Source: a virus (taxonomy: Duplodnaviria; Heunggongvirae; Uroviricota; Caudoviricetes). From it: a DNA stretch of 64,000 nt. The notes under the pieces were generated by a model that was given only the letters and a program-made list of their open reading frames with translations, had not been told where the DNA came from and ran no database searches. Every line of letters starts with the position of its first letter. Within the stretch, counting starts at the first letter, position 1. Location of the stretch: the IMG/VR virus record IMGVR_UViG_3300032731_000668, positions 1 to 64,000 of that record. The stretch is one strand, 5' to 3'. This document shows positions 27,607 to 37,215 of the stretch, in pieces. The position numbers and the translations under genes are program-made.

Positions 27607-28365
27607 AAGGCAATAGTGAATAAGAAAAATTTGTTAATATGGGGTATTATAGGGTTGTTGTTATTTGGTGCATGCGGACAACCCTTTGATCTTCAAGTAT
27701 CTGAGCGGTTGCAATCTGCTCCTATAGCAAATATTGCCGAAGAAGCTATTGCGGAAGTCGCTGTTTGTGAGACTCCCCAGACTCGTTTTTTGAAAGATTA
27801 TCCCGATATTGCAATTGCACTTGGGGACAGTATTTCTATTGAAGATTATGATAGCGAAGTTGTCCAACTACACCTAACCGATTTGAATAAATTTCCTCCA
27901 GATATTCTAAGGGAAATTAAAAATTTTGGGTATAGGATTAGAGTTGGGGATAAAACAGTTACCGATTTCTCTGGGTTTGAGCATTTGAAAGGTTTGACCC
28001 CTCGTGGATGGGAAGGGACAGGACTAACTTGGGATGATGCTGCGGGGTGCAATAGCCGAAGCAAAATAACTGTAATCCTTGGTAATGGAATTCATTCATC
28101 TTCGAGTCTTGCATTACATGAAATAGCTCATGCGATTGACCATGTAATGGGAATAACCAAACTCCCCGAAATGGAATATTTTCATAAAAAAGCGTACAAT
28201 GGACTTGATGAATATTTTAAGCAAGATGGTCCTGGTGGTGAAATAGGAATGAAGGAGATGTTTGCTGAAAGCGTAGCCAATATTTTTCAAGATCAAGACT
28301 ATTGGAGTAAAGAATATGAACAGTTTGTTAAAGATATATTAGGAGTAAAAGAGGGTGGTTATTGA
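27598..28365 (+). CDS. secreted lipoprotein zinc metalloprotease, HExxH (anthrax lethal factor / M34-like) (255 aa)
   Basis: Signal peptide plus LLFGAC lipobox; LALHEIAHAIDH zinc-binding motif; GC-richer. Confidence 0.7.
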   Translation: MWFKAIVNKKNLLIWGIIGLLLFGACGQPFDLQVSERLQSAPIANIAEEAIAEVAVCETPQTRFLKDYPDIAIALGDSISIEDYDSEVVQLHLTDLNKFPPDILREIKNFGYRIRVGDKTVTDFSGFEHLKGLTPRGWEGTGLTWDDAAGCNSRSKITVILGNGIHSSSSLALHEIAHAIDHVMGITKLPEMEYFHKKAYNGLDEYFKQDGPGGEIGMKEMFAESVANIFQDQDYWSKEYEQFVKDILGVKEGGY

Positions 28366-28397
28366 GAAAACACGATAAGATAATGGTTTTATTGCAC

Positions 28398-28426
28398 TTG
28401 ACAAATATTGAATTATGTGATACAAT
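28398..28426 (+). promoter_or_regulatory. sigma70-like promoter TTGACA-17-TACAAT
   Basis: TTGACA 28398-28403, TACAAT 28421-28426. Confidence 0.6.
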
Positions 28427-28447
28427 TATATGTTTAGAGAATAAAAA

Positions 28448-28639
28448 ATGAATGAACAAATGACATTCGAACAAATTCATGAAATAACCGAGCCTTATTG
28501 TATTCACGGCGATGAATTCTATGGCAATTTAACATCCATAATTATTTTTTTACGTCAATTTGATACAATGGTTGATGTAAATAAGGTTGGCGTAAGCAAA
28601 TGGTTCAAAATAACACCAACAAATATGTGGTTAAATTGA
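28448..28639 (+). CDS. hypothetical protein (63 aa)
   Basis: ORF downstream of promoter 28398. Confidence 0.5.
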   Translation: MNEQMTFEQIHEITEPYCIHGDEFYGNLTSIIIFLRQFDTMVDVNKVGVSKWFKITPTNMWLN

Positions 28640-28656
28640 CAGGAGATTTCTTATAA

Positions 28657-28845
28657 ATGACTTATGTATATCAATGTAAAAAATGCAAAAAAGAATTTGA
28701 ACTTGTTGCTGGTTTTTTAACAATCTTATCATTAGAAAAACAATGTCCTCATTGTGGATCTAAAAAAGTGGCAAGAAAATTTGTTCCTATTGATTTTATT
28801 TTAAAGGGAAATGATTTTTATAGAAACAACAAAGAAGACAAGTGA
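28657..28845 (+). CDS. FmdB-type zinc-ribbon protein (62 aa)
   Basis: YQCKKCKKEF...CPHCGS pattern. Confidence 0.5.
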   Translation: MTYVYQCKKCKKEFELVAGFLTILSLEKQCPHCGSKKVARKFVPIDFILKGNDFYRNNKEDK

Positions 28846-30149
28846 ACATAGATCAAAAAATTATAAATTTTATTAAAGAGATAGAAAAAGATTTACGCAT
28901 TCCTGCATGTGTTCATAATAACTTTGACAATTTTGTACCCTATGAGACCCCTGTTTACTATTCTGGGCCATATTGGAATGATTTAGAAATTTTGGTGGCA
29001 ATTAAAACATTGATTTTGGGCGATTGGATTAGCGCAGGAAAGAATGTTCAAGAATTCGAAAAACAATTTGCAAAAGTTATTGATGAAAAATATGGAATAA
29101 TGGTAAACAGTGGTTCATCTGCAAACCTAGTAATGATTACAGCTTTAAAAAAATATTTTAATTGGAATGATGGTGATGAGATAATAGTGTCAGCAGTGGG
29201 GTTCCCGACTACAACCTCTGTTATTGTCCAAAACAATTTGACACCCATATTTATTGACATAGAAATGCAAACTCTAAATTTTGATTTGAATTTAATTAAA
29301 GAAAAAATTACCAAAAAAACAAGAGCAATATTCCTGTCCCCCGTTTTAGGCAATTCTCCCGATATCGATGTAATAAAAGAAATATGTATGAAGTATAACC
29401 TACAACTAATTTTAGATGATTGCGATTCTCTGGGAAGTAAATGGGATGGAAAATTTTTAAATAAATACTGTGTTGCTTCTTCTCATTCCTTTTATGCAGC
29501 CCATACAATTTCCACAGGAGAAGGTGGAATGATTGTTACTAGCAATGCGAAAATTGCTAAAATTGCCAGAAGTTTAGTGAACTGGGGTCGTGATTGCCAT
29601 TGTTATGGAAGTGAAGGATTAATTCCTGATGGGGCTTGCGGACATAGATTTTCAAATTGGCTCAGAAATTATAACGGGATTGTAGATCATAGGTATGTTT
29701 TTTCTAATATGGGATATAATTTCAAGCCATTGGATTTGCAGGGTGGTATCGGAAACGTCCAATTGACTAAACTAGAAGAAATATATCAAAAAAGAAATAT
29801 AAGCAAACAAAAAATCACCGAAATATTTAGTCGAATAGAGGGTGTAGATAACCCGATACAATTAAATAAGGCTAATACTATATGGTTCGGCACCCCTTTT
29901 ATCTGTCAAAATAAAAAATTAAAACAAAATCTTGTGTCATTTTTAGAAAGTAACAAGATTCAGACCAGAAATTATTTCGCGGGAAATATATTACTTCATG
30001 AAGGATATGAAACTTTAGGTAATTTCAATGATTATCCTAACGCAAATTTAGTGTTGGACTTAGTATTTTTTGTCGGGGCTTCGCCTCATTATAATGATAA
30101 AATATTTGACTATTTTAAATCTGTTTTGAAGGAATTTAAAAATGAATAA
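28842..30149 (+). CDS. DegT/DnrJ/EryC1/StrS-family sugar aminotransferase (435 aa)
   Basis: DGDEIIVSAVGFPTT...IFIDIE and SFYAAHTISTGEGGMIVT (PLP-lysine region) motifs. Confidence 0.85.
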   Translation: MNIDQKIINFIKEIEKDLRIPACVHNNFDNFVPYETPVYYSGPYWNDLEILVAIKTLILGDWISAGKNVQEFEKQFAKVIDEKYGIMVNSGSSANLVMITALKKYFNWNDGDEIIVSAVGFPTTTSVIVQNNLTPIFIDIEMQTLNFDLNLIKEKITKKTRAIFLSPVLGNSPDIDVIKEICMKYNLQLILDDCDSLGSKWDGKFLNKYCVASSHSFYAAHTISTGEGGMIVTSNAKIAKIARSLVNWGRDCHCYGSEGLIPDGACGHRFSNWLRNYNGIVDHRYVFSNMGYNFKPLDLQGGIGNVQLTKLEEIYQKRNISKQKITEIFSRIEGVDNPIQLNKANTIWFGTPFICQNKKLKQNLVSFLESNKIQTRNYFAGNILLHEGYETLGNFNDYPNANLVLDLVFFVGASPHYNDKIFDYFKSVLKEFKNE

Positions 30150-30840
30150 TGGCATTATTGTTCTTGGATATGGATTACTCGGAAAAGAAATAACAAAACA
30201 AACCGATTGGAACTATATAAGTCGCAAGGAACACGGTATCGATTTTAATAAAACTGATTGGTATCATCACATTCAACGTTATGATACAATTATAAATTGT
30301 ATTGCAAATACTAACACATATTCACACGAAAGAGAAGACCATTGGCCGACCAATTATATAAGCGTAATGAATTTAGTAGACTGGTGTAATGAAAATAATA
30401 AAAAAGCTATACAAATTTCTACAGACTATATTTACAGTGGGTCTAATCGTAATGCCTCTGAGGAAGACATTCCTCTACATAATAAAACTTGGTATACATA
30501 TACAAAACTACTTAGCGACGCCTATGTACAAGCAAGGGCAAAAAATTATTTGTTGATTCGAACATCTTTTAAGCCAACACCTTTTCCATACCCCGAAGCA
30601 ATTGTTACTCAGACTGGTAATTTTGATTATGTCGATAAAATATCAAAATTGATTATTGAACTTATTAATAAAAATGCTTTCGGTGTTTTTAATGTGGGAA
30701 CACGGAGGAAAACTATATATGATCTAGCAACTAAAACTAATCCAAATATTATAGGTGCATTTCGAATATTAAATAAAGAAATGCCAAGAGATGTAACAAT
30801 GAATGTTTCAAAAATGGAGAATTTTTTAAATGAAAGTTAG
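30142..30840 (+). CDS. RmlD-like dTDP-4-dehydrorhamnose reductase family protein, short form (232 aa)
   Basis: ISTDYIYSG (RmlD STDYVF motif), YTYTKLLSD (YxxxK), LLIRTSF. Confidence 0.7.
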   Translation: MNNGIIVLGYGLLGKEITKQTDWNYISRKEHGIDFNKTDWYHHIQRYDTIINCIANTNTYSHEREDHWPTNYISVMNLVDWCNENNKKAIQISTDYIYSGSNRNASEEDIPLHNKTWYTYTKLLSDAYVQARAKNYLLIRTSFKPTPFPYPEAIVTQTGNFDYVDKISKLIIELINKNAFGVFNVGTRRKTIYDLATKTNPNIIGAFRILNKEMPRDVTMNVSKMENFLNES

Positions 30841-31570
30841 CATAGCAATTCCAGTTTATGAAATGGGTGGAAGAGGTACAGAATTTTTAAAATACTGTCT
30901 TCGCTCTATTTTATTGCAAACGCATCCTGTGTATGAGATAGTCATCTCAGATCATTCAAAAAATGATGACATTCTTGATCTTTGTAGTCCATGGCCACCA
31001 AACGTAAAATATGTTCGAAATAAAGAAAATTACGGTGTTTTTGCGTCCAACATGAATAATTGTTTTAGTTATTGTACCGGCGATATTATTAAAATTATGC
31101 ATCAGGACGACTTCTTTTATAGAATGGATTCTTTATCGAAAATTGTAAACAATTTTGATTTAGATAAAGGTTGGTTACTAACTACATATTATCATTCTAG
31201 AAATGGGAAAGATCTTTTTAAATTACATACCCCAAGTATTAAGGAATGTCCTTTGTTTATTAATAAAATTGGTGCACCTACCTGCCTAACAATTAAGAAT
31301 GAAGATATTCTTTATTTTGATGAAAATTTAAAGTGGTATGTAGACAGTGATTACTACGTAAGGTTGTTGACAAAATATGGACTCCCTGTGATTTTAGAAA
31401 AGCCAACAGTGGTACAGCGATTATGGGAAGGACAGGTTACTAATACAATAATACATAAGGATGTGATTACAGAAGAAATATTGTATTTATATAAAAAGCA
31501 TGACGTAAAACTAGAAGACCTGACTGAAATAATAGGAAGACTTGGGTATTGTGAGGCATATGAAGATTAG
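30830..31570 (+). CDS. family 2 glycosyltransferase (246 aa)
   Basis: VSIAIPVYEMGGRG...ISDHSKNDD GT-A N-terminal signature; paralog of the next gene. Confidence 0.75.
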   Translation: MKVSIAIPVYEMGGRGTEFLKYCLRSILLQTHPVYEIVISDHSKNDDILDLCSPWPPNVKYVRNKENYGVFASNMNNCFSYCTGDIIKIMHQDDFFYRMDSLSKIVNNFDLDKGWLLTTYYHSRNGKDLFKLHTPSIKECPLFINKIGAPTCLTIKNEDILYFDENLKWYVDSDYYVRLLTKYGLPVILEKPTVVQRLWEGQVTNTIIHKDVITEEILYLYKKHDVKLEDLTEIIGRLGYCEAYED

Positions 31571-32258
31571 TATTGCGATTCCTACTTATGAAATGAGTGA
31601 TCGTGGAGTCGAATGTTTAGACTACAATTTTAAAAAAATTCACCAACAAACGTTCAAAGACTTCAACGTGATCATCTCTGATCATTCGAAAGATGATAAA
31701 ATTTTTCATTTATGTAATATGTGGGGCAAAAAATTGAATATCAAATATATCAAAAATGAAAAAGATAGAGGTTCGCTATCAAGTAACTTAAACAGTTGTA
31801 TAAAAAATTGTAGCGGAGAAATAATTAAGTTCATAATGCAGGATGATTATTTTTACCATAAAAATTCATTAGAAAAAATTGTAAATAGGTTTGGTATAGG
31901 CAAAAGATGGCTGGTGTCTTCGTATTTTCATACAAATGACAGAATAAAACTTTTTCGTTTGCATATACCTGAAATTAGTAAAGACATGCTTCTTATTAAT
32001 CGTATCGGAACCCCTACATGTCTTACTATAAAAAATAATATTGATATTAAATTTGACTTGAAATTAAACTGGTATGTAGATTCAGATTATTATACACAAT
32101 TATATAAAACATATGGTAAGCCAGTTATTTTAAGAGATCCAACTGCGGTACAACTTCTTTGGGAAGGCCAAACAACGAACACAATTATCAATGAGAAAAT
32201 TATTAAAAATGAAGAAATATATCTTATGAAAAAATATGGGGCATATAGAAATGGATAA
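31560..32258 (+). CDS. family 2 glycosyltransferase, tandem paralog (232 aa)
   Basis: ISIAIPTYEMSDRG...ISDHSKDDK; about 45% identical to 30830-31570. Confidence 0.75.
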   Translation: MKISIAIPTYEMSDRGVECLDYNFKKIHQQTFKDFNVIISDHSKDDKIFHLCNMWGKKLNIKYIKNEKDRGSLSSNLNSCIKNCSGEIIKFIMQDDYFYHKNSLEKIVNRFGIGKRWLVSSYFHTNDRIKLFRLHIPEISKDMLLINRIGTPTCLTIKNNIDIKFDLKLNWYVDSDYYTQLYKTYGKPVILRDPTAVQLLWEGQTTNTIINEKIIKNEEIYLMKKYGAYRNG

Positions 32259-32910
32259 AATTCAAATTCCTGAATTAACCCTTATCGCTGTATCATCTAT
32301 AAAAATAGATGAAACTATTTTGGCTTTACAGAAGAGTTATAAAGATATTTTATTTGGATCTATAAAACTAATTACACATGAACGCCCAGAAATTTTACCT
32401 AAAGAAATTAGTTTTGAAGAATGTCCTAAATTAGATGATATAAATAAATATAATCATTATGTTTTTATAGAATTAGGTAAACACGTAAAAACAAGTCATT
32501 GTTTATTAATCCAACATGATTCTTGGGTATTAAGCCCCAAGTTATGGGACGATGATTGGTTGCAATATGATTATTGTGGTAGTCCGTGGGAATGGAAAAC
32601 TAATTCATACCAAACAGATTATGGAGAACATGTCAGAGTAGGAAATGGCGGATTTTCTCTGAGATCTAAAAAGCTTTTAGATATACCTAAAAAACATAAT
32701 ATGTATCTAAAATCTGAGAAGGGGTGGAAAAACGAAGATGGACAAATTTGCGTTTATTGGCGAAAAGAATTATTAGATTATGGAATCAAATATGCACCCG
32801 TTGAAATAGCATCAAAATTTTCTTATGAAAATCCAGTTCCTGAGAATAACTTTGGGAAGATGAAAACTTTTGGATTTCATAAGAATTTAAATACAGGGAA
32901 TAAGAGATAG
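32236..32910 (+). CDS. hypothetical protein in the glycan locus (224 aa)
   Basis: ORF overlapping the previous stop; no confident motif. Confidence 0.55.
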   Translation: MGHIEMDKIQIPELTLIAVSSIKIDETILALQKSYKDILFGSIKLITHERPEILPKEISFEECPKLDDINKYNHYVFIELGKHVKTSHCLLIQHDSWVLSPKLWDDDWLQYDYCGSPWEWKTNSYQTDYGEHVRVGNGGFSLRSKKLLDIPKKHNMYLKSEKGWKNEDGQICVYWRKELLDYGIKYAPVEIASKFSYENPVPENNFGKMKTFGFHKNLNTGNKR

Positions 32911-32916
32911 GCCAAA

Positions 32917-33903
32917 ATGATTATTTCTAAAACAGTTTTTGTTCAAGTGGCAGGACAACGTTCTTATTATATTAATAAAGGATACAATCTGACGCCATAC
33001 ATGTACAAAAATAGAAAGGGGAAAATGGTAATACCCCGCGGAACAATTATTGAAGTAAGGGTAGACGACCTTCCGCCGCGAAGTTCAAGAAAAGTTTTAG
33101 CCCAATGCGATAATCCAAAATGTAAAAAAGAACGTTGGGTAGAATACGAAAAGTATACCTCTCTATGCCATAGATGCGCTCTACAAACAGAATCTTATAA
33201 AACTAATAATGGAAATGCAAATAGAGGTAAAAAAAGAACTGCTGGCCAAAAAGAAAGAAAGAGAAAACCAAACTATCTGGTTAGAGGCAAAAATAACATT
33301 AATTGGAATAAAAATATATCTGAAAAAGACAGGCTAAAAACAAACGAAAAAAGTAGGAATAGCGTAGAATATAGAGCGTGGAGATTGTCTGTTTTTAGAA
33401 AAAATTGTTATCAATGCCAAAATTGTGGGTATACCGGTAGAAAAATAAATGCCCATCATATAGAAAGTTATTTTACAAATAAAGACTTAAGGTTTGATGC
33501 TGACAACGGAATAGTATTGTGTACAAATTGCCACAAATTGTTTCACAGCACATATGGAAAAACAGGAAATCATAAGTACCAACTCGATAAATTTTTAAAA
33601 AATAATAAAAACAAAAAAGAATTTGTTAAGTTAAAATTTGATATTCATAAAGATACTCGCCAAGGAAGAAAAAATGTAAACAACAATGATTCCAGCATAT
33701 ATGTTGGTGTATCAAAAAATAAAAACAGAAAAAAATGGGAGGCCGGAATATACCATGATAAAATAAAATATTATTTAGGAATGTTTGAATATGAAGTTGA
33801 GGCGGCAATGGCCTATAATGAAGCGGCGTCAGAAATATGGGGATGGAAAGCAATCTTAAATAAAATAACAGAAGACGATATTATTAAATTATGGGAAAAC
33901 TAA
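32917..33903 (+). CDS. HNH homing endonuclease with C-terminal AP2 DNA-binding domain (328 aa)
   Basis: CQNCGY...HHIESY...NGIVLCTNCHKLFH HNH motif; YVGVSKNKNRKKWEAGIYHDKIKYYLGMFEYEVEAAMAYNEAA AP2-like. Confidence 0.85.
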   Translation: MIISKTVFVQVAGQRSYYINKGYNLTPYMYKNRKGKMVIPRGTIIEVRVDDLPPRSSRKVLAQCDNPKCKKERWVEYEKYTSLCHRCALQTESYKTNNGNANRGKKRTAGQKERKRKPNYLVRGKNNINWNKNISEKDRLKTNEKSRNSVEYRAWRLSVFRKNCYQCQNCGYTGRKINAHHIESYFTNKDLRFDADNGIVLCTNCHKLFHSTYGKTGNHKYQLDKFLKNNKNKKEFVKLKFDIHKDTRQGRKNVNNNDSSIYVGVSKNKNRKKWEAGIYHDKIKYYLGMFEYEVEAAMAYNEAASEIWGWKAILNKITEDDIIKLWEN

Positions 33904-34625
33904 TGCCTTCTATTGCTTTTCAAACATCGTGTTACGAAAAATCATATAAACATTTACTTAAAAATGGAGTTCTAAATCACTATCTTTCATTATTTCAAGA
34001 TATTGATTTTGAAGAAAAGACGGTTATAGTAAATAATGTTTCAGACCATAATAATATCAAATCCTTATTTAAAAATTTCAATAATATCGATTTTATTTTT
34101 TCTGAAAAAAATCCAGAAACAGTTTTAAGTTTTTTCAATTTATCTTTGTTGGATTTTCAGATAGGATTATATTATTCTATTCAGCATTTTACGGGAATTT
34201 ATTATACACAATGCGATTACTTGTTTCATGTTAGTGAAGATTGTGGGATCGATAATCTTGATTCTAACTTTATAAAAGAATCTGTAGAAATGCTAGAATC
34301 AAATGAAAAATATATTATTGCTATGCCGAGATGGTGTGAAGACGACAACGCAATTGAAAAAACTGAACCGGAGAGTGATAAATTTTTTATACAATATGGA
34401 TTTACTGATCAAATATATATTATAAAAACAAAAAAATTCAAAGAAGATATATACCATTATAGCCACCCTATGTCTGAAAGATATCCTAAGTATGGTGGCG
34501 AATGCTTTGAAAAAAGAATCGATTCTTTTATGAGATGCAATCAACATTATGGAGTTGTACATAAAAATTATATTTATGACAGCAAACATTATGATGCAAT
34601 AATAAAACAATATAAGGAGATATAA
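33891..34625 (+). CDS. hypothetical protein in the glycan locus (244 aa)
   Basis: ORF overlapping the previous stop. Confidence 0.55.
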   Translation: MGKLMPSIAFQTSCYEKSYKHLLKNGVLNHYLSLFQDIDFEEKTVIVNNVSDHNNIKSLFKNFNNIDFIFSEKNPETVLSFFNLSLLDFQIGLYYSIQHFTGIYYTQCDYLFHVSEDCGIDNLDSNFIKESVEMLESNEKYIIAMPRWCEDDNAIEKTEPESDKFFIQYGFTDQIYIIKTKKFKEDIYHYSHPMSERYPKYGGECFEKRIDSFMRCNQHYGVVHKNYIYDSKHYDAIIKQYKEI

Positions 34626-34628
34626 AAA

Positions 34629-35978
34629 TTGAAAAATAATAATCCATACGGAATGAAAGTTCCAGAATCTTTTTTTGTTGTCTCTAATTGGAATAACGAT
34701 GTTTCTTGGGTAGAAAAATATACAGATAACTATATTATATATGATAAAAGTAACACGTTGCCAGCCAATGATAGAACCATTAAACTAAAAAATGTTGGCT
34801 ATAATGTTTATGATATGGCTCATTTTATTGTCAACAATTATGATAATCTCCCCGAACTAACTGCCTTTCTTCAGGGAAATCCCTTTGACCATTGCAAGAA
34901 AGAAACATTCGATAGGTTGATTTATAACACATGTTTTACTCCACTTGAAGATTATACAGATGTGCCAGAATCAAACGCCCATATAAAAGATGTTGACGGT
35001 GGCTATATGGAAATTAATAATTCTTGGTATTTCAGAACGCATAGACAAGAACATGGTGCCGAAGTTGAAAAATATGTAACATCATATAATCGATTTCTAG
35101 ATGAAATATTCGAAAGTCCAGAGCATTTAAAATGGATTAGGTTTGCGCCTGGCGCGCAATATATTGTACCAAAAGAAAATATATTGTTTTATAGTAAAGA
35201 ATTTTATAGAAAATTGATGAGGTATGTTGACTATCATAGAATACCGTCGGAAGGATTCGCTTTAGAACGAGCAATGTATTATATTTTCACTAATAGATGG
35301 AGAGAAAGAATGAATGATGAGAAAAAAGAGTTAAATGAATTAGACATATTGGCAAGAAAGTATGGGACAGATAAAAGAACCAACGACACACTCCCAAGCA
35401 TTTATCATGGGTACACAGATACTTATTATAATTATTTATTTCCCGGAAAACTTGGGATAAAGAATCTGTTAGAAATTGGTGTAAGTAAAGGGTCATCTCA
35501 TTATATGTGGGCAGATTTTTTACCTAATGCTATGATTTATGGAATCGATAATTTTTTAGATCCTTCCTGTACTGTCAGTAAAGAGGAACTTGAATCAAAT
35601 CCACGAATAAAGATTATTGTTGGCGATCAATCAGATAAACTTGTTTTGAATAAATTTAAAGAAATTCCGTTAGATGTTATAATAGATGACGGTTCTCATT
35701 TTTCCTGGGATCAACAAAGAAGTTTCGATGTTCTTTGGGACTTTTTATTGCCAGGAGGATATTATTTTTTTGAGGACTTGGGGGAAAGTTTTAATAATGA
35801 CTTTAGAGAATTTGAGGATATGCGTTCTGCCACCGTTAGATGGCTACATACAATGAAAAAAGGAAAGGTTCCGTTTTCATATTATACTAGAGAAAGCAAG
35901 ATGGAAAGAATTTTTAAAGAGATTCTATCAGTAAAAGCTTTTGGCGAACTTGTTGTAATCCAGAAAAAGATTATATGA
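34629..35978 (+). CDS. two-domain protein: N-terminal domain paralogous to 36565-37212, C-terminal class I SAM methyltransferase (CmcI/TylF-like) (449 aa)
   Basis: LLEIGVSKGSS...IIDDGSH SAM-MTase motifs; N-domain shares LPELTAFLQGNPFDHCKKETFDRLIYNTCFTPLEDY with the 36565 ORF. Confidence 0.65.
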   Translation: MKNNNPYGMKVPESFFVVSNWNNDVSWVEKYTDNYIIYDKSNTLPANDRTIKLKNVGYNVYDMAHFIVNNYDNLPELTAFLQGNPFDHCKKETFDRLIYNTCFTPLEDYTDVPESNAHIKDVDGGYMEINNSWYFRTHRQEHGAEVEKYVTSYNRFLDEIFESPEHLKWIRFAPGAQYIVPKENILFYSKEFYRKLMRYVDYHRIPSEGFALERAMYYIFTNRWRERMNDEKKELNELDILARKYGTDKRTNDTLPSIYHGYTDTYYNYLFPGKLGIKNLLEIGVSKGSSHYMWADFLPNAMIYGIDNFLDPSCTVSKEELESNPRIKIIVGDQSDKLVLNKFKEIPLDVIIDDGSHFSWDQQRSFDVLWDFLLPGGYYFFEDLGESFNNDFREFEDMRSATVRWLHTMKKGKVPFSYYTRESKMERIFKEILSVKAFGELVVIQKKII

Positions 35979-36568
35979 ATAAAAAAGAAGTATTAGAACA
36001 TGCATTGTCGTTTAAGTATGGCGGGATGTTGGAAGTTGAATTGGGTTATGTCTATGACATATGCGCCAACAAAAACGTTTTAGAGTTGGGAAGCATGGTA
36101 GGCATGAGTAGCTATGTTATTGCTTCTGTCGCAAAAAGTCTTTCATGTGTTGATGTATGGTCTGATACATGGGAACATCTAGCACACGATCCAATACAAC
36201 AAAAGATTTACGAGCAATTTACAGGTGTTATTTTATCTATGCATGAAAGTTTTAAAAGAAACTGCAAAACTTTTATTGATTCTAAAAAAATTAGAATGTA
36301 CAAGGGAAATACAAGAGAGATGGTCGATAAATTCTTAGATGAAAGCTTTGACGTTATTTTAATAGATGCCGACCATTCTTATGAAGGTGTATTACGTGAT
36401 TTTAATCTTTATCAAAATAAAATAAAAGATAATGGATATATTGTTTTTCATGATTATGGTGATTCTATGTGGACAGGAATTGCCCAATTGGCAAATGAAA
36501 TGGCTTCTCAAAATAAGATAAAAATAGTGGGAAGAGTTGAAAGAATAGGAGTGTTTAAAAAAATATGA
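35975..36568 (+). CDS. class I SAM-dependent O-methyltransferase (197 aa)
   Basis: VLELGSMVGMSS (motif I) ... ILIDADHSYEGV ... IVFHDY. Confidence 0.75.
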   Translation: MNKKEVLEHALSFKYGGMLEVELGYVYDICANKNVLELGSMVGMSSYVIASVAKSLSCVDVWSDTWEHLAHDPIQQKIYEQFTGVILSMHESFKRNCKTFIDSKKIRMYKGNTREMVDKFLDESFDVILIDADHSYEGVLRDFNLYQNKIKDNGYIVFHDYGDSMWTGIAQLANEMASQNKIKIVGRVERIGVFKKI

Positions 36569-37212
36569 AACAACCAAAAGCTAAAATAATTATAAGTCGC
36601 TTCAAAGAGGATTTTGATTGGGTAAAAGAATATACCGAAGATTATCTTATATATAATAAAGGTGAGCCTATTGATGATCCACATATAATAAATACAAAAA
36701 ATATTGGAGGAAATCAAAGAGATATTTTTAAGTTTATCCATGATTTTTATGATGACCTACCCGATCTGATGGCTTTTATGCAGGCATATCCATTCGACCA
36801 CTGTAAAAAAGAAACGTTTGACAAACTAATTTATAACGAGTGTTTTACTTCGCTTGAGGACTATGGGGTAATACCCGCAAACGCATATGAAAAAAGAGAT
36901 CACGATGGCGGGTTCCTGGAAAGAAATAATAGCTGGTATATAGAAGCCAACAATGCAACCTACAATGTTGGTTGTAAATATTCTTCTTTTGATCAGTTTA
37001 TGGAAAAATTCTTTTCAAACTATAAAACAGGTGCACATGTTAGATTTGCGCCAGGTTCTCAATATATTATAGAAAAAAAACAAGCGTTACATTATCCAAA
37101 AATATTTTGGAGAAGTTTAATGAATGAACTTCCGGAGAACTTTATGTCTGAAGCACATATTATTGAAAGATCTTTATGGACGATACTGCAATGTGGCTTA
37201 ATAATGAGGTAG
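36565..37212 (+). CDS. hypothetical protein paralogous to the N-domain of 34629-35978 (215 aa)
   Basis: Shared conserved block ...AFMQAYPFDHCKKETFDKLIYNECFTSLEDY. Confidence 0.55.
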   Translation: MKQPKAKIIISRFKEDFDWVKEYTEDYLIYNKGEPIDDPHIINTKNIGGNQRDIFKFIHDFYDDLPDLMAFMQAYPFDHCKKETFDKLIYNECFTSLEDYGVIPANAYEKRDHDGGFLERNNSWYIEANNATYNVGCKYSSFDQFMEKFFSNYKTGAHVRFAPGSQYIIEKKQALHYPKIFWRSLMNELPENFMSEAHIIERSLWTILQCGLIMR

Positions 37213-37215
37213 ATT

